From sequence record DRR723986_5381: DNA of 28,476 nt; one strand, written 5' to 3'. How positions within the stretch are numbered: the first letter of the stretch is position 1; the number at the start of each line of letters is the position of its first letter. The notes beneath the pieces are model-generated. The model searched no databases. It saw only the letters and a list, made by a program, of their open reading frames with translations, and had not been told where the DNA came from. Shown here piece by piece: positions 25,565 to 28,476 of the stretch. The position numbers and the translations under genes are program-made.

Positions 25565-27265
25565 CTAAAAAGTAGCAGTTAAACTGAGATGTACCTTAGA
25601 GTCAGAAAGCCTAAATTGTCTGTTTTCTGTTTTTCCACTGGAATAATTTAATCTAAATAGTCCGGCATTTGTAAGTAGCCCTAAGCCAAAACCAAAACCA
25701 AATAATTTTTCTTTGCTTTCAGTTAACTTATTTTCAAAATATGCTGCATCAAGTACAGAATGCACATAAATACTATTGCTTAATCTATAACGATATTCGG
25801 TGTTAATGACACCGTAAAGGTTGGCGACAAGACTATTTTCTTCAAAACCGCGAATGGAGTTGATACCACCAAAGCGAAAAAGTTCATTATCTAAATAATT
25901 GTCTGAAATTAAAAATGCAGCATTCAATCTTGTATAAACACTGTTTTTAGAATTAAGATTAAAAATCTTGTAGGTATCTAATTTGTAAATAGACTGTTTT
26001 TGATTCTCAATGGTGTTTTTTCTGTTTCCAAATCCGCCGGAAAAATCAACCCAAAAGTTTATAGGAAATAACGGATCATAAAATTGCGGGTCAGTGAAGT
26101 TGTAAATTAAAGTATAGTAATTTGATTCGTAATCATTGAGTACTGAGGTATCATTGTCTAAAAGATTTGTGGAATTTGTAGCTGTTATACCAAGCCCTAG
26201 TCTGTGCTTAGCGTTAATTTGGTAATTAACTTTAGCATATTGACTTGCGTTTAAAAATGTGGTGTCCTTTCTAAAAATATTAAGACCAACTTGTAATCCT
26301 ACAGGTGATTTAAATAGATAAGGTAAATCTGCATCTATTCTAATCGTTTGCTGATCGATTTCGTCACTTTTATAGAATAGGTTTAATGTTTCACCAAAAT
26401 TTAAATTATTTACAAGTCGTAAATCCAAGTAACCATCAAATTCAATTTTATTTGTGTTTTCGTTAGTTCCAAAACCAAGAAAACCATCAAAATTGTTAGT
26501 TCTTGTTTTCTCAAGGTATAGATAAAGCGTTGTAGAATCTTGAGTGAATAAAACTTCAGGGTCTTTAACTTTATTAGCAAATCTTACATTTTCAAGTAGT
26601 TCAGCCTTTTCTTTAATATTATTTAAATTAAAAGATTTGCCAACCCTTAATTTCATAAATCGCTTAACGTATGATTGTGGGAATTTTTCATACCCTTTTA
26701 TTATAATTTTATCTATACGTCTTTTCTGATTTTTTATTATTTGTAATTGAGCTGCTATAATATTTTTGTTTGCTTTTGTGAGTTCTTTAAGTTGAAGTGT
26801 AGAAAAAGGGTCACCTTGCTCAGCAATTTTTTGATTGAGTAGGTTTAATGAAGACTCTAACTGAGAAATTTCAATATCAAAAAAATCTACTCCTTTATTA
26901 TGATTTATAAAGTTTAATAACTCTGCATCAAATTCTTGACTGTAATATATTCTAATGGTATTTATTTTCTCACCTATATTTAATTGTGCATTAAAAACAG
27001 AATCATTTTGTTTAGTTATGTTTTTAATTGTAGTATCAATATAGCCTAGCCTAGTTAGCTTATCTTTAATATTGTAGACTTCTGTTTGAAGATTTAAGTA
27101 ATTATCAAATGATTTTCGATAACCTATTGAGTCAATTATTGAAGTTTCAGCGTTATTCTCGCCTTTAATCTTTAAGCTAATAGATTGACCTATTATTTGA
27201 TTTGATAAAATCAAAAAGAGAATAAAATAAAATTGTTTTAAACAGGTCATTACAACTGAAGACAA
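25565..27265 (-). CDS. Omp85-superfamily (BamA/TamA-like) outer membrane protein with POTRA domain(s)
   Basis: POTRA-like IDKIIIKGYEKF, loop-6 motif FRFGGINSIRGF and a C-terminal beta-signal ending in Phe. The start is uncertain (TTG 27265 or ATG 27250). Confidence 0.75.
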   Translation of the reverse strand: MSSVVMTCLKQFYFILFLILSNQIIGQSISLKIKGENNAETSIIDSIGYRKSFDNYLNLQTEVYNIKDKLTRLGYIDTTIKNITKQNDSVFNAQLNIGEKINTIRIYYSQEFDAELLNFINHNKGVDFFDIEISQLESSLNLLNQKIAEQGDPFSTLQLKELTKANKNIIAAQLQIIKNQKRRIDKIIIKGYEKFPQSYVKRFMKLRVGKSFNLNNIKEKAELLENVRFANKVKDPEVLFTQDSTTLYLYLEKTRTNNFDGFLGFGTNENTNKIEFDGYLDLRLVNNLNFGETLNLFYKSDEIDQQTIRIDADLPYLFKSPVGLQVGLNIFRKDTTFLNASQYAKVNYQINAKHRLGLGITATNSTNLLDNDTSVLNDYESNYYTLIYNFTDPQFYDPLFPINFWVDFSGGFGNRKNTIENQKQSIYKLDTYKIFNLNSKNSVYTRLNAAFLISDNYLDNELFRFGGINSIRGFEENSLVANLYGVINTEYRYRLSNSIYVHSVLDAAYFENKLTESKEKLFGFGFGLGLLTNAGLFRLNYSSGKTENRQFRLSDSKVHLSLTATF

Positions 27266-27352
27266 TATCTCAAATTATAACGTAAAAATAGACCAATATA
27301 TATATGTATAAAATGAATAGTAATAATTCTTTTAAAAATAAATTCTCAAGTA

Positions 27353-27383
27353 TTTGAATTATAAATATATATTTCTACCTTTG
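27353..27383 (+). promoter_or_regulatory. Bacteroidota primary-sigma promoter of the str operon
   Basis: TTTG (27353-27356), a 19-nt spacer and TACCTTTG (27376-27383) match the -33/-7 consensus. Confidence 0.85.
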
Positions 27384-27428
27384 CAGCCCTCAAAAGTGAG
27401 GGTTAAATAAAATTTTATATAGAAATAT

Positions 27429-27803
27429 ATGCCAACAATTTCACAATTAGTACGAAAAGGAAGAGCCAAAATAACCAAGAAGAGTAAATCGGCTGCTTTA
27501 GATTCGTGTCCTCAGAGACGTGGTGTATGCACTCGTGTTTATACAACGACACCTAAGAAACCAAACTCAGCAATGCGTAAGGTAGCAAGGGTTCGTTTAA
27601 CAAACGGAAACGAGGTTAATGCATACATTGGTGGAGAGGGTCACAACCTACAAGAGCACTCGATAGTATTGGTTAGAGGTGGAAGGGTAAAAGATTTACC
27701 AGGAGTTAGATATCACATCGTTCGTGGTGCATTAGATACAGCAGGTGTATCTGGCAGAACACAACGTAGATCTAAGTATGGTGCAAAACGCCCTAAAAAG
27801 TAA
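27429..27803 (+). CDS. rpsL: 30S ribosomal protein S12
   Basis: [20 protein letters not shown] and [11 protein letters not shown]. Confidence 0.99.
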   Translation: MPTISQLVRKGRAKITKKSKSAALDSCPQRRGVCTRVYTTTPKKPNSAMRKVARVRLTNGNEVNAYIGGEGHNLQEHSIVLVRGGRVKDLPGVRYHIVRGALDTAGVSGRTQRRSKYGAKRPKK

Positions 27804-27825
27804 TTTAAAACTTTAAGAAGAAGAC

Positions 27826-28302
27826 ATGAGAAAAAGAGCAGCAAAAAAGAGACCGCTTTTACCAGACCCAAGATTTAATGATCAGTTAGTGACGCGTTTT
27901 GTTAACATGATGATGTGGGACGGTAAAAAGTCTGTAGCTTTTAAAGTATTCTACGATGCAATTGATATTGTTGAGGAGAAAAAAAATGATGACGAAAAAA
28001 CAGCTTTAGAAATCTGGAAAGAAGCTTTATCTAATGTGATGCCTCACGTAGAAGTACGTAGCCGTCGTGTTGGAGGTGCTACATTCCAAATTCCAATGCA
28101 GATTCGTCCAGATCGTAAAGTTTCAACAGCGATGAAGTGGCTAATAGGTTACGCTCGTAAAAGAAACGAAAAATCTATGGCACAACGTTTAGCGGCAGAA
28201 GTATTAGCTGCAGCTAAAGAAGAAGGTGCAGCCGTTAAGAAAAGAGTTGATACTCATAAAATGGCTGAAGCAAACAAAGCATTCTCACACTTTAGATTTT
28301 AA
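27826..28302 (+). CDS. rpsG: 30S ribosomal protein S7
   Basis: [23 protein letters not shown] and [15 protein letters not shown]. Confidence 0.99.
   Translation: MRKRAAKKRPLLPDPRFNDQLVTRFVNMMMWDGKKSVAFKVFYDAIDIVEEKKNDDEKTALEIWKEALSNVMPHVEVRSRRVGGATFQIPMQIRPDRKVSTAMKWLIGYARKRNEKSMAQRLAAEVLAAAKEEGAAVKKRVDTHKMAEANKAFSHFRF

Positions 28303-28476
<174 letters not shown>

Noticed and set aside
8046..26729. Remaining short overlapping ORFs (8046, 8265, 8989, 10085, 15283, 15979, 16279, 21141, 21281, 23220, 24552, 26544)
   Set aside because: All are nested in or almost entirely overlap longer conserved CDSs, and have the composition expected of antisense or off-frame translations.
27429..27803. Possible streptomycin-resistance allele of rpsL
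   Set aside because: Both hotspot lysines are wild type (PKKPNS and RVKDLPG).

Overview
AT-rich Bacteroidota chromosomal window, most likely from Flavobacteriaceae (T9SS C-terminal sorting domain, SusC/SusD pair, TAnnTTTG promoters). Gene order: 3' end of a probable TetR-type regulator, ABC/HlyD/TolC type I export operon, mpl, a frameshifted secreted-protein gene, an unusually long Cys/Met-metabolism PLP enzyme, a PaiB-like FMN-binding protein, a frameshifted DUF1569/DinB-like gene, a radC-deacetylase-YjjG operon, two tandem paralogous secreted proteins, rarA, a CAZyme-free SusC-SusD operon with two lipoproteins, rhomboid protease, rlmB, a T9SS-secreted aryl-sulfate sulfotransferase, an Omp85/POTRA protein and the start of the str operon (rpsL-rpsG-fusA). 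I saw no tRNA, rRNA, CRISPR array, integrase or transposase. The window is mostly housekeeping, and I cannot claim a clearly new system. The best leads are: (1) a PLP enzyme that looks like an internally duplicated single-chain pseudo-dimer; (2) a type I exporter whose ATPase domain is degenerate in every catalytic motif except Walker A; (3) a 36-bp copy of the mpl 3' end, 210 bp downstream, differing only at synonymous positions; (4) two single-base homopolymer frameshifts; (5) a SusCD locus with a DxxGDGWNG-domain lipoprotein. All family assignments come from motif recognition by eye, not database searches.
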